Below, piece after piece: positions 32,665-44,108 of a stretch of 64,000 nt of DNA. The notes beneath the pieces are model-generated. The model was not told the DNA's origin. It searched no databases and saw only the letters and a program-made list of their open reading frames with translations. Positions within the stretch are counted from its first letter, which is position 1. Every line of letters begins with the position of its first letter. Origin of the DNA: Mantamonas sphyraenae STR306 (taxonomy: Eukaryota; Protista; CRuMs); NCBI GenBank assembly GCA_026936335.1, contig JAPMXV010000016.1:1-64000 (forward strand), read 5' to 3'. Made by a program: the position numbers and the translations under genes.

Positions 32665-35600
32665 ATGTCCACTCGAGGAACCACAGGCCCGCTAAGACGC
32701 CAAGGAACCACAAACTCCTTGCCTGCTGGTGCCGGTCGATCCACAGGTGGCCCGTCTCGACGTACCGCCGGCCCGGCAGGTCCTGTCCGACGATTGAAAG
32801 ACACCCAAAAATCCGCCAGCTCCGCCTCCCTCCCGACCCGCGGCACACGCTCCACAGGAGGCCCCTCTGCCTCTCCCAGCATCACTCGTTCATCCACGCG
32901 CACCCCTGCCTCCCGCGCATCCCCTGCTCGAGGTTCTCCAACCCCCGGCCGCGCCCGCCAATTTCCAACGGCCGGCACGCCCAAAGCCACAACCGGCCAG
33001 CGCCTCGCAGGCACCCCCTCCGCCTCCAAACGCTTTGCCACTGCCTCCTCCTCATCCTCTTCCACAGCCTCTCCACGCACCCCGTCCTCCTCTGCACGCT
33101 CCTCATCTCCATTCCGCTACCCCAAGGGCACTCCCAGCCAGCCTCGTCAACCAGCAAAACGCGCCGCCCGCGGTCCCTGGACCCCATCGGGCAACCAACG
33201 CATGACCGTCGACGGCATGCCCACCGCAGAACAGCATCTCCATCGCTGGGAGGCTCTCCTCCGCACCTACCAGATGATTCCCGTGCCCATTTCACCACGC
33301 CCTCGTCACGCAGACCGCTCTCTGCCCATGGCCCTCCAGCTCGAAAGCTTCCACAACCTCGTCATCCCGCAGTACATCCTCGACCGCTTCAACCACAAAA
33401 AGGCAAAGATCGAGTTTTACATCCAGGCTTCCCTCTACCACACCGCCAGCAAGCAGTTTTTCGGACGCACCTTTACCGGCACCCCGTACCAGGGCTCCGG
33501 CGCTGTCAAGATGAGCGGCAACGTCTGCTCGGGCTTCATTCGCGAGGACCTCTACTTCCACTCCCGCATCGACCAGGACCCAAACGTCCTCCTCATTCTC
33601 GAACTCGTCGCAGACTGCCAGATCGTCGACCCCAACAACACCGTCCGTGACGCAGACGGCTCCACACGCTCTGCCCCACTCATCATCTCAGAGACCTACG
33701 GCCTCGGTTGGACCTTCCTCCAAGCCTTTAAGGATCCCACAAATCTCCGCGACATCACCGATGGCACCCGCCAAAAAGAGGCTCCTCTCCTCTCCGGCAC
33801 CCCGCGCGTCCTCCTCTTTCTCGACTCTGTCAACGAGCGCACCTTTGACAACCGCACCGCAGGCGCCTTCATCCAGTACCGACTCATGACCATGAGCCCG
33901 CTCCAGGACACCATGCATCTCATGGCCGAGAACGAGTTTCTCTCCAACCACACCCGCCGCCTCCCAGGCGTCCTCCCCACCGTCTCCTTCCGCCACGACT
34001 ACCACTCCCAGTCGGGCAAGATCATCCAGCGCAAGGGCTTCAAAATTGACCTCTCCCAACCCTCCCTCAAGTCAAACTTTGACCTCAGCATCGTCGATCT
34101 CCACGTCCAGGTCCACCCCGACTACGACGCCCAGTTCCTCGACATCATCAACACCATGCGCCTCAAGGAGCAGGATCGCACATCTGAAGACGACAAGCGC
34201 CTCCCCGTCATCCTGAAACGCCGCATGAGCGTCGGCGTACACAATGGCCACACCTACACACACCCTCCCAGCGAGGTCTTTCTCAAGCACCTCGACACAG
34301 GTCTCGTCTTTGAGGGCACCTTTGACCTCCACCACTACGTCTTTGATCCCCTCTTTGCCATCGTCTTTCAGCTCGACTACATCGTCGAGGTCCCGCTCAA
34401 CCCGCCCCAGCGCGGCAACGTCTCCTCCTCCATCATGCCCACCACCCAGGAGCGCGTCTACACCATTGGCTACGCCCCTGTCATCCCTCTCGACCAAGAC
34501 CAGTTCAACGACAAGGTCTTTGAGGTCGAAATGCGCACTGGCGCCTTCCGCTCCGTCGACAACCACTTTGTCTACCACGGTGCCCTCGGCCAGGACTTTC
34601 CCGTCCTCATGCAGTGTGCCCTCAAGGCTCCAAAGGTCCTCCGCAAAATGTCCCTCCTTGACCAGCCCGAAGACCAGGCGCGCATGCTCGAACAGCTTCG
34701 CCAAGAAGCCGAACAGGAGGAACTCGAGGAGCAGGAACGCCTGCGCCAACAACAGCAGGCCGAGGAAGACGCACGCCGTCGTCGACAGGCCGAAGACGAC
34801 GAACGTCGCAGGAGGGAGGCCGCCGCTCGTCAAACCGCTCCACGCACTCCCAAGCGAGGACCTCCCCCGCGTGTCACTCGCGCTTCAGGCTCCCCATTGC
34901 CACGCGACACACGAGACGACGTCGACGACGACGAACGCGCCCTTCGCGCCTCAAAGTCCAGGGGCTACCCGGAAGACCACACCGTCAATCTCCGCTCCTC
35001 TCTCAAGCCAGGCGGCCTTGTCTCTCTCGATCGCCGCACCATGGCCTTCTTCGAAAGCGCAGGCTTCCCGCAGCCAACAGACATCTACGGCAAGCGGCCC
35101 GTCGAGATCGGCACCGCAGAGATGTACCCGGGCCAGTATGCAAACTACACGGGCAAGCTCCAAGACTCCTACGACTTTGATCTCGAAGAGAGCGACTCGC
35201 TGCAGGGCAACCATGTCGTCTTTCAGTTCCTCGCCCTCAGCACAGCCGACGCTGCCCAGATCCCCGTCGATCTCTCCCACATCTACTTTACCTTTAATTT
35301 TTACCACTTTCCCATCGTCATCACACCCCGTCTCTACATCGAAGACGTCGAAGGCGATCAAGACAACCCGCGCCTCCTCACCATTGTCGATGCCCAGGGC
35401 CGCCGTCGCAAGAGCAGCGGCGTCGAGTGCCGCTTCAACATCGACCCTAGCATCTTCCGCGCCAACGAAAGCCGATACCTCTGCGAGTATCTGCACGACA
35501 AGCCTCTGTACATCGATGTCTGGGACGGCGACACCCTGTTACCCATCGGCACCTGTGCCGTCGACCTGCGCTACCTCTTGCGCCAGCAGCGCCCCGCCGT

Positions 35601-37755
35601 CCAGGTTACCCAGGAGTACGACATCTTTGACATGCAAAGTGTCGATGCCCTCTCCTCCATCAGCCCTGAGGAGCGCCAGGACAACTTCCGCGGCAAAATC
35701 CTGATGCGCATGGTCAACATCGGCAAAATCGTCGAAGGCATGCGAGGAGGCGACGGTACATGGGCCACCTCCTCATTGGTCGAGTATCAGCCCCGTTCCA
35801 ACCAACCCCGTTCCCTCATCATTCGCAAGATGAACGTCGGAGAAAACGAGCTTCGCGACGCCTTCCGCCTCGACCAGACCAACGACTCCCTTTTCGCCAT
35901 GATGTCCGAGCAGAACAAACGCCGTCGCCAGCGCATGGATGCCGTCCTCCAACGCCGCCGCCTCCGCGACACCTCCGCCATGGCCGACGAACTGCGCATT
36001 CGCCAGCGCGAACTCGGCTACTGCCAGCATGTGCGCAAGAGCCGCAAGCAGGAAACCATCCGAAACTACCTCAAGAGTCTCTACACATGCACACACACCC
36101 TCTGGGCCTCTTTTGGCCAGGCCCACTTTATCGAGTTTGAACTGCGCAACCCGTACGCCGAGCAGCACACATTCCAGATCCTCTTTGACGACGCAGAGCT
36201 CCGTCTCATCGACGATCCCCAGGAGTGGCGCCACCTCCAGCTCGTCAACAACAGCACCACACCCAAGGCGCCCACCGAGCCGTACTTTCTCCGCCGCAGC
36301 GACGGCAACTACGCCGTCCTCCTCGAGCCCTTCCAGAACGTGTACATTCCTTTCGTCTTTCAGAGCTTTGCCCACGGCCTGTTTGCAGACACTGCCAAGT
36401 ACAGCAGCAACAGCAGCAACACTGACGACGCCAAAGACGATCTCGGCAGTTTCCAGCCCCTCCACTCCATGCGTTTCACCACGGGCGCCCTTACTGCCGG
36501 TCCCGGCAACGACGACCAAAAGGAAAACACATCGTCTGCCTCCTCCTCTGCCTCGTCCTCATCAGCCTCCACCTCCAGCTCCACAGCACGACTCACGCTC
36601 CATCGCGGAGCGGAGGCTTCGAAACCGTCCTCGCTGCACAAACCAATCCGCGAACGCAACATCGAAGTCATGGTGCTCAGCAGCACCCAAAGTGCAGATC
36701 CCGTGGCCATGATGGACCTCAACATCAAGGCCATGCCCTTTGTCGTCCACCAGACCTTCCATTTCCACGAAGGCGAGGGTGACTTTCTGCGCAAGCGCAT
36801 CCGTATCGACGACCATCGCTTCCGTACAACCATGGACGACCAGGGCCGCGTGGGCACCCGCTGGTACCACAAGTACTCGCCCGAGCTCGTGTTTGACGAA
36901 AACGACTACAAGCACGTATGGTGCAGCAATCCGGACGTCGTCGTAAGCGCAGACACCGTCGACGACTCACGCGCTTCTACACGTGCCCGCAAGCAGGTTC
37001 CACGCACACGTGACGCAGAACCGCAGACCATCGACATCAAGTTCCGCTGTCCCCAGTCGCCACGCATCTCTCGCTTCTACCTCGTCCTCTTTGACGACCC
37101 ATACCAGAGCTCCCTCTGCGAGGTTTGGGAGTTCAACGTGTGGTCTCTCAAGCGTCTCGATGTCTCCACCATGGCGGGCGAATCCGTGTCCTCCTCCCTG
37201 GTCGTGCGCAGTGACCGAAACCGCGCCGTCCGCTGCTTCAGCTCCAGACCCGACGAGGTCCGCTTCCCGGACGCAGCCGTCTCCCTCGTCAAGGACCAGT
37301 TGCGTCCCATTGAGTTTGACTTTCTCACCTTCCGTCCGGGTACGCGCGAAATCCTGGCGCACGTGGTGGAATCTCAGACCTTCCACCTCGTCAGCACCTG
37401 GATGATCAGCGTCACCGTGCGCGAGCCCATTGTCAAGAACGAGTACAACGTCGACGTCCGCCGTAACAAGAAGGACAAGCCTGAGAAGCGCAAGATCGAG
37501 TACTCCAACTCCTACGAATCCGACCGCACCTTTGTCCTTCACACAGACCGGCCCGACATTGTCATGCTGCCCGAGCCCCGTGTGGACATCCCTGCCATGA
37601 GCAAGGGCTACCTTGTCGTCTGGCTTCAGGCCAGTGCCATGCGCACCCGCAAGGAGGACGTGCTCATCTTTGTCAACGACGAGGACGAAAAGACTGAAGA
37701 GTGCCTCCGCATGCGCGTCAACCTTGTCACGGCCCCCAAGCAGCAGCGCAAATGA
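32665..37755 (+). CDS. NPHP4: Nephrocystin-4-like ciliary transition-zone protein (1,696 aa)
   Basis: C2-like segments (QFFGRT, LYFHS, VGVHNG, FQFLA, FTFNFYHFP, IDVWDGDTLLPIG..DLRYLLRQ) followed by Ig-like ASH repeats (FGQAHFIEFELRNPY, YSNSYESDRTF). Confidence 0.88.
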   Translation: MSTRGTTGPLRRQGTTNSLPAGAGRSTGGPSRRTAGPAGPVRRLKDTQKSASSASLPTRGTRSTGGPSASPSITRSSTRTPASRASPARGSPTPGRARQFPTAGTPKATTGQRLAGTPSASKRFATASSSSSSTASPRTPSSSARSSSPFRYPKGTPSQPRQPAKRAARGPWTPSGNQRMTVDGMPTAEQHLHRWEALLRTYQMIPVPISPRPRHADRSLPMALQLESFHNLVIPQYILDRFNHKKAKIEFYIQASLYHTASKQFFGRTFTGTPYQGSGAVKMSGNVCSGFIREDLYFHSRIDQDPNVLLILELVADCQIVDPNNTVRDADGSTRSAPLIISETYGLGWTFLQAFKDPTNLRDITDGTRQKEAPLLSGTPRVLLFLDSVNERTFDNRTAGAFIQYRLMTMSPLQDTMHLMAENEFLSNHTRRLPGVLPTVSFRHDYHSQSGKIIQRKGFKIDLSQPSLKSNFDLSIVDLHVQVHPDYDAQFLDIINTMRLKEQDRTSEDDKRLPVILKRRMSVGVHNGHTYTHPPSEVFLKHLDTGLVFEGTFDLHHYVFDPLFAIVFQLDYIVEVPLNPPQRGNVSSSIMPTTQERVYTIGYAPVIPLDQDQFNDKVFEVEMRTGAFRSVDNHFVYHGALGQDFPVLMQCALKAPKVLRKMSLLDQPEDQARMLEQLRQEAEQEELEEQERLRQQQQAEEDARRRRQAEDDERRRREAAARQTAPRTPKRGPPPRVTRASGSPLPRDTRDDVDDDERALRASKSRGYPEDHTVNLRSSLKPGGLVSLDRRTMAFFESAGFPQPTDIYGKRPVEIGTAEMYPGQYANYTGKLQDSYDFDLEESDSLQGNHVVFQFLALSTADAAQIPVDLSHIYFTFNFYHFPIVITPRLYIEDVEGDQDNPRLLTIVDAQGRRRKSSGVECRFNIDPSIFRANESRYLCEYLHDKPLYIDVWDGDTLLPIGTCAVDLRYLLRQQRPAVQVTQEYDIFDMQSVDALSSISPEERQDNFRGKILMRMVNIGKIVEGMRGGDGTWATSSLVEYQPRSNQPRSLIIRKMNVGENELRDAFRLDQTNDSLFAMMSEQNKRRRQRMDAVLQRRRLRDTSAMADELRIRQRELGYCQHVRKSRKQETIRNYLKSLYTCTHTLWASFGQAHFIEFELRNPYAEQHTFQILFDDAELRLIDDPQEWRHLQLVNNSTTPKAPTEPYFLRRSDGNYAVLLEPFQNVYIPFVFQSFAHGLFADTAKYSSNSSNTDDAKDDLGSFQPLHSMRFTTGALTAGPGNDDQKENTSSASSSASSSSASTSSSTARLTLHRGAEASKPSSLHKPIRERNIEVMVLSSTQSADPVAMMDLNIKAMPFVVHQTFHFHEGEGDFLRKRIRIDDHRFRTTMDDQGRVGTRWYHKYSPELVFDENDYKHVWCSNPDVVVSADTVDDSRASTRARKQVPRTRDAEPQTIDIKFRCPQSPRISRFYLVLFDDPYQSSLCEVWEFNVWSLKRLDVSTMAGESVSSSLVVRSDRNRAVRCFSSRPDEVRFPDAAVSLVKDQLRPIEFDFLTFRPGTREILAHVVESQTFHLVSTWMISVTVREPIVKNEYNVDVRRNKKDKPEKRKIEYSNSYESDRTFVLHTDRPDIVMLPEPRVDIPAMSKGYLVVWLQASAMRTRKEDVLIFVNDEDEKTEECLRMRVNLVTAPKQQRK

Positions 37756-37803
37756 ACAATTGACCATGACCACATGTGTGCAGTCACAAACAGGAATCCA
37801 TTC

Positions 37804-39524
37804 TCACCTACCTCGCCCCTCTCGCACCATCCGGTCGGCTCGTCGGGCTGCGTACGCCGTTTTCTGAGCCTGCTCCTGCAGCCACACCTCCACCAGCGAG
37901 AAAACAACCACAAGTACCACCAACGCCACAATGGAGCCGGTAGACACCACACATACGCGTTGTACCGGGTCCAGTGTCTGGAAAAAGAACGGCGAGCAGT
38001 CTGGATCTTCGCACACGTTCAGCGGTCCGTACCACTGTTGCGCCCCCACACAAGAGGGTTTCCCTGGGCAGCGCCCACGTTGGGTGGGCGGCTTGAACAC
38101 GGGCGACTGAGACATGCCCACGCGTCGGCTGCGAAAATCCACGGCTGTGTACAGCGACTCCAGCGCCTGCACGCCAATGATAATCAGCGAGTACGCGCTG
38201 GCTGGGCCTTCTGTGGAGAGTCTACGCACGGCAAACACGTGTTCCACCTCCACAAGGTCGCTGTCGCTGCGTTTCGCGCTCATCAGCAACCGCGACATGG
38301 GCACCTCCAGCGACCGTCCCTGCTCGCTCATGCGAAAGTACAACGATGGCAGTGACTCCACGTCCAGTGGGCTCATGTGACACGTCAGCATGTCTGTCGA
38401 TCCCTGCGCAGAGCATTTGTGCGGCATCCACGCAACCACCATGTCAAAGAATTGGCCCGGCAGCGACAATGCCCGCGAGCCCGTGTCCAACAGAGCGTTC
38501 CAGTGCGAGCTGTAGTTGGAAAACAGGTTCACGCTGCACATCGACAGGTGGAAGATGGGAAACACGTGGTAGAACGGCACCGGCACGGTCTGAGTTTCGC
38601 TCCACTCCACTGCCCACGAATTGCCTCCCAGCTCCAGCGAACCATTCCTCGCCTCTTGGTCCAGGTAAAACGCAAACATGGGCCGCGAGCCATTGTGTTG
38701 CAGCACCGTCGGCAGGAACGCCTTGCCGCCAAACGCAATCGACGGATACCCAAGCCCCAGCGTCCCGTCCGTGTCGTTCCAGTATCCAGACGACTGTTCG
38801 TCCAGACCAAAGCACGCTAGGTGCTCCATCCAGCGTGTCGAGATTTGCACACGCGTCGTCGCCTCTTCACAATACGACCGCGCCGTGATCCCGTCCAGAA
38901 TGAGGGTCAGCACTCGCTTGATCGTCGGCTCTGTGGCCGCATGCGTGTTAGCCGTCTTCCACAACGCACTCCTCGGGCACGCTACATCTCGCGCAATCTG
39001 TTCCATCACCTCCATTACCCCCACCGCAGCTTACTCAATGGGTCTCGCGTCACATTGAAGCAGTTTGGGTGTTGGAAGCTGCTCTTTGCACAATGGGTCT
39101 GCAGAAACACCATCACGTCCGCCGAGCCAGAGTCCATAATAAGATATTGCTTTTGTCGTGTTTCCCCCATGTACACCGGCACCAGTGCGTGGTGCGTTTC
39201 CGTCAACTGCGAAACGCACCCGAATCAGTTCCCAACGCTCCTTTCTTCCTCTTCCCCCTCTTCCCCCTCTTCCCCCTCTTCCTCCTCCCACACACACCCT
39301 CAACAAACCTTGAGCTCCACCTTGCTTGTGGGATCCATAAACGGCGGTTCGGTCTTGTCCACAGAGATCGGACCGTCGGCGTCGTTGTCTGCAAAGCTCA
39401 CGTTGCTGTGCTTCGCCCACGTGCCTTGCACACACACACACACAGCAATCATCGCAGCGACAACGGCAATCACCCTATTGGCTCCCAACGAGCCAACCCG
39501 CCTCCTACGGCTGCCTATGTCCAT
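37804..39524 (-). CDS. Membrane-anchored pepsin-like (A1) aspartic protease (~504 aa); complement(join(37804..38930,39035..39206,39309..39524))
   Basis: N-terminal signal peptide. Catalytic motifs LIMDSGS and ALLDTGS, plus DGTLGLG and IIIG. Cys-rich segment then C-terminal TM helix. Start could instead be 39452. Confidence 0.8.
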
Positions 39525-39527
39525 CTT

Positions 39528-41420
39528 TCAACGCCAAAATTTAATCGCCTTGTCGCCGCCACCGCTCACCATCATCCTGTCCTTCACAGCCAGGGCGTGA
39601 ATAAAACCTTTGTGGCCTTCGTGCGACGCCACGGCGCTGAACGATTCCAGGTCCCACACCTTGACCGTCTGGTCGAAACTGCCCGAGAACAGATACTGTT
39701 CGTGCGCAGCAAGCTCCCACACCTCCCACCGATGCCCCGAAAACACCTTGACCAGCTTGTTGTCGTTTCTTGGGTCGTAGATGCGCACGCGTGTGTTTTG
39801 GCTGCTGGTGCAGATGTATCCGTGGCACAGAGTCACCGAAAGCACTTTGTGTGACTCGTCAATCCTGCTCAGGCACTCGCCTGTTTCCACATCCCAAACA
39901 CGCACAGTACAGTCGTCCGATCCACTAAGCAGCACCTGCCTCCCGTCGATGTTGCATGCGTGCACGCACCATACCGCTCCCTCGTGTCCCTCAAAGGTTC
40001 GTTCCAGCTCCCATGTCGTGCTGTTCCACATCTTGATCAGCCGGTCTCCCGAGCCTGAGAACACATGCGTTCCATTGTTGCTCAGTGTGTAGATGCGTCC
40101 TTCGTGTGCCTCCAGCGTCTTTACGCACTTGTACCCTCCCTCCAAGTCCCACACTCGCAGGGTCTTGTCCGAGCTCCCGCTCACCAGCGTCGATCCCGTC
40201 ACCGTCAGCGCCCACACCGTGTACAGATGGCCTCGAAGCGACTTGAGTTTCTCAAACGTGTCTGTGCTCCACACATAGATGACACAGTCGTGCGACCCGC
40301 TGAACAGAAGCCCGTCCCCGAGACACAGCGCCGTCACACTGTACGCGTGCTTCGTCACCGTTTGCACGTTCTGTATGTTGACCACATCCCATGTCTGCTT
40401 CCCGTCCTCGTCTCTGTCCTCCTCCTCAGCAACCACGTCTTCCTGCTCCGGCTGCACTCGCTCCAACCGTGTCCCGTGTCAGTGCGTGTCCCGGCGTTGA
40501 CCACTCTCCACACCACACTCCCCCATCTCTCCCTTCCTACCTGAACATCCACTTCCAGCGTTGCTGTACCCTCGAATGTGCCCACATCGTCACTAGAGCT
40601 GCCCACCGCTCCAGCAGAACCAGCACCTGCACTCTGACTGCTGGCCTGCACAACTGCGCCGCTGGCCAACCGGGCTTCCAGCAAAGCTATCTTGTCACCT
40701 TGTTCCTTCACGGTCGCCGTCAGTCCTGCAATGGCTTCTTGTGTCTCCTTGATGTATTCACGCATCAGGTTGAACGGACACACAGCCACATGCATGGCCA
40801 CCTCCGAGCGAATTCCTGTTGCGAGTCCATTTCGGCGTGCGTCAGCTCGTCCGATTGCCTTCACATCCTCCTCCCCCTCCCCCCCACCGCGCCCACCTCG
40901 CCCACCTACCCACAAAACGGCAGCCCATGCTCTTGTGGATGCACTCGGAGGGCGAAAAATGGCAGCCGTTCTCGTGAACCTTGCGTGCGCCAAGTTCCAC
41001 CACCGCCGAACACCCTTTGGCGCGGTACTTGCAAAAGATCAGCAGTTCGTCGCGCAGGTTGGCAACCACAAGATTGCGGTGCATCTGGCTCCAGCTGCTG
41101 ATTTCCGTGCGACACAGCGGACACTCGGCGTTCGCACTGAGCGCCTGGTAGATGCACAGCCGACAAAAGGTGTGGTGGCATCCTGCGCTGATCACGGGAT
41201 CCTTGTACACGTCCTGACAGATTGGACACACCATCGACTTGGGCGGCGCATGCACAAACTCCACCGTCTCCCCTTCTTCCTCGTTCAGCGTCTCCAGCGA
41301 CGGCATCTGGCTCAGAAACTCCAGTTGGCGGTCATCAAGCACTGGATACCGCCCACCGTCGGCCCCCTGTCCCTCAGGCACCTCTTGCGACTGGTAGCTG
41401 TTCCATCCTGTGGCACTCAT
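39528..41420 (-). CDS. TRAF7-like E3 ligase: RING + TRAF-type zinc fingers + coiled coil + WD40 (~569 aa); complement(join(39528..~40451,40541..40815,40910..41420))
   Basis: C3HC4 RING CPICQ..GCHHTFC..C..CPLCR. C.Y..KGC...H...C zinc fingers. About seven GH..V..L...LFSGS.D..(I/V).VWD repeats. Confidence 0.85.
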
Positions 41421-41482
41421 GCTCTCGTCAACGTTTCGCTCTGTGCGTTTGTGCATCCACCCCAACCACAACCACAACACAC

Positions 41483-42925
41483 ATGTCCAAGCGCAGCGGA
41501 GCCACCTACGTTCAGGACGCTGAAAAGATTGTCGGCAGTGGCGGCTTCTTTGACTCGTTCAAGAGCAATGACCGCTACAGCGACGCCGGAGAGCTCTACA
41601 TCAAGGCCGGCCGCGCCTACAAGCTGGAAAAGAACTGTATGTGACGTGCCGTCTGGCCTGTGCACACCGTTGCTACCCATTCCCGAGCCGTGTGACCCAT
41701 CCTGGCTCCATATCGATCGTTGCGCACGTCGTTCCCCCTGTTTTCCACCGGAAATTCACACTGACCCTCTCGCCTCTTGGCCAATTCTCTCGACAATCTG
41801 CGCCCCCTCACTCCACCGATGCGCACAGACGCCGACGCGGGCAAGGCCTATTACGAAGCTGCAGAGTGCTTCCTCAAGCTCAAGGATCAGGAGACCCACG
41901 AGGCTGCCAGCAACTTTGTCGAGGCTGCCAACGCGTACAAGAAGACCAGCGTCGTCGGTGCGTTCCCAGCCGTTTCCCAAATCCCTACCCTGCGCTAGCC
42001 TTGCACCCACATGCAGCCCTACCGTGTCCAAACATGCGTTGTCCATCTCACTCACCCCGTTTCCCATCCCGCTCTACCCTCACCATGGCCCTGTGCCTCG
42101 ACACGCTCTTCACTGCAAATGCTATCGCGCTTCCATCAACCGGGCCTCTCCCCACACAGACGCCATCACCTGCCTCGAACGTGCGGTTGAGCTCTACGAA
42201 GAAGACAACTTTAACCAAGCCGGCAAGTATCAGATGGACCTTGCTGCCCTCTACGAAGAAGAAGGAAACGTCGAGGAGGCCATGAACGCCTACGAAAAGG
42301 CCATTACTTTCCTCGAGGCCGGCAACCAGAGTGTGTACGTTCCACTGTGCGACCCCGACCACCCCTTTCCCCCCTCCCACCCACCCTTGTCCGCCCGGCA
42401 TTCCTCCTCGACCTTCCCCACGCCACCGACTCACCCCACCCCCTCCCCCGCACGCTCAAACCCCACCCGCTGCCTTCCTTCCATCCCAACCAAAACCCTT
42501 GCAGCAAGGCAAACCAGGCCCTCATCAAGGTTGCCTTCTTCAAGGCCGACCGCGGGGAGTTTGTGGAGGCTGCCCAGACCTTTGTCCAGGTGGCCACCGA
42601 GTACCTGGCCCACCAGAACTTGCGCTACAACGCGCCCAAGCAACTTTTCCACGCTGGTATCTGCTACCTTGCCAACGGCGACATTGTCACTGCCGAAAAG
42701 GCCTACGATGACTTTTGCGGCGAGGACTCGTCCTTTGCCACCTCCCGCGAGGGCAAGCTCTTCCACAGCCTCATTGAGGACTACAAGAACAACGACGTCA
42801 CTGCCTACGCCACTCACCTCACCGAGTACGACGGTATCACCAAGCTGTCAGACTGGGAAGCCTCTGTGCTCCTCAAGGTGCGTCAGAGCCTCGAGAAGGA
42901 GGGCGGCGAAGTCGATTTCACGTGA
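41483..42925 (+). CDS. NAPA: alpha-soluble NSF attachment protein (alpha-SNAP/Sec17), ~292 aa; join(41483..41636,41829..41957,42160..42334,42505..42925)
   Basis: AGELYIKAG.AYKL.K, EAASNFVEAANAYKK, AGICYLA, D.SF.TSREGK, EYD.ITKL..W, acidic C-terminus EVDFT. Confidence 0.9.
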
Positions 42926-43077
42926 GCTGCTTGTGAAAAAAATCTCTGTCCATTGTCTTTCGTCATGCACCTGTCTTCTCCTTCATCCTGCTTCCTCCTG
43001 TGTCGTGAGCCGTGCGAGCAGAACCACTTTCCCCGGAGCCTGCCCACACCGCGTCCCACACCCATGTTCCTGCTGCC

Positions 43078-44037
43078 TCACAGCAGTGTGCAGGCACAAT
43101 CACTGCCCGTCGTGCTATGCCACGGGTTCGGGTTGTTGGCGTAGTCCCACGACGGAAGCAGCGGATCGGCCGTCTCGTTCACAAACTTGATCAGACTGCA
43201 CCAGCCATCGGCAGCCCCATGCATATCACACCCCAGTGTCCCACGTCGTCGATATGTGTGTCCGCGTGTGTGTCACGTCGTGTTCAAGCGCACCCGTGCG
43301 TGTGTCCCGTAGGCACAGAAAACCCTTCGTGTGTCAGCCATGCGCGCATCCTGGATTTCAGCCTTCACCAACTCGCTCCACCGCTTTTCACAACCAACTG
43401 CTCTCTCCTGCACTTCCGATCCCTCTATACACATCTCACACGCCTGTGCGACGACTCTCTTGTCCAATCCTCTCCTCTATGCTCCTGCACACTACACACA
43501 CAAGCTCCCTTGCGCCTCGGCTTCGTCCCAAGAGGGAAAAAACGCCAAACGCGGCGGCTGCTGTGCTTCTCGCGCTCTGCCCTGCACTATCTGCACCTGC
43601 CCTCGCCCACATGCACACCCTACATCTCAACATCCAACGACGCCCTCCACACACGCACGCACACACACATCACCACACTCTCCGCACCAGCGTTCACCCT
43701 ACACATTCCCACTCGCCGCTTTCGCCTCCCGCCCTTTCCCACTTCCGACCCCTCACACCTGCGTACACACGTTCAACCTACGTGTCACATGCGTCCGACA
43801 CCTTCGAGATGTTCTTTGTCGCCTCCAGCTCGTCTGCCAGCCTCTCGTTCTCGCCCAGGATACGCTGCAGCGTCACTTCACTCACTGCAGAGAAAATCAA
43901 TCGTCGTGTCAGCGAACCCAGGTTCCCAAAATCACCCCTGTTCTCCCTGTCCACCTCCGCCACCGTCCATGCCACTTCACCCCCCAACCCCCCCTCGGCC
44001 CTTCCGGCCTCTCACTGCTTCTCACGCAAAACCCACT
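43078..44037 (-). CDS. Heterotrimeric G-protein gamma subunit (73 aa); complement(join(43078..43195,43782..43884,44037)); start codon split A|TG by intron 1
   Basis: Spliced product MSEVTLQRILGENERLADELEATKNISKVSDACDTLIKFVNETADPLLPSWDYANNPNPWHSTTGSDCACTLL has the GGL motifs KVS.AC, DPLL and NPW and a CaaX box (CTLL). Not reported as a whole in the ORF track. Confidence 0.9.
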
Positions 44038-44108
44038 TGCTTCTTGTTTGCACTGACCCGACAAGCGCCCAGCCGGTGCCAACCTGACCCCCAGCCCCCC
44101 CCTCGGCC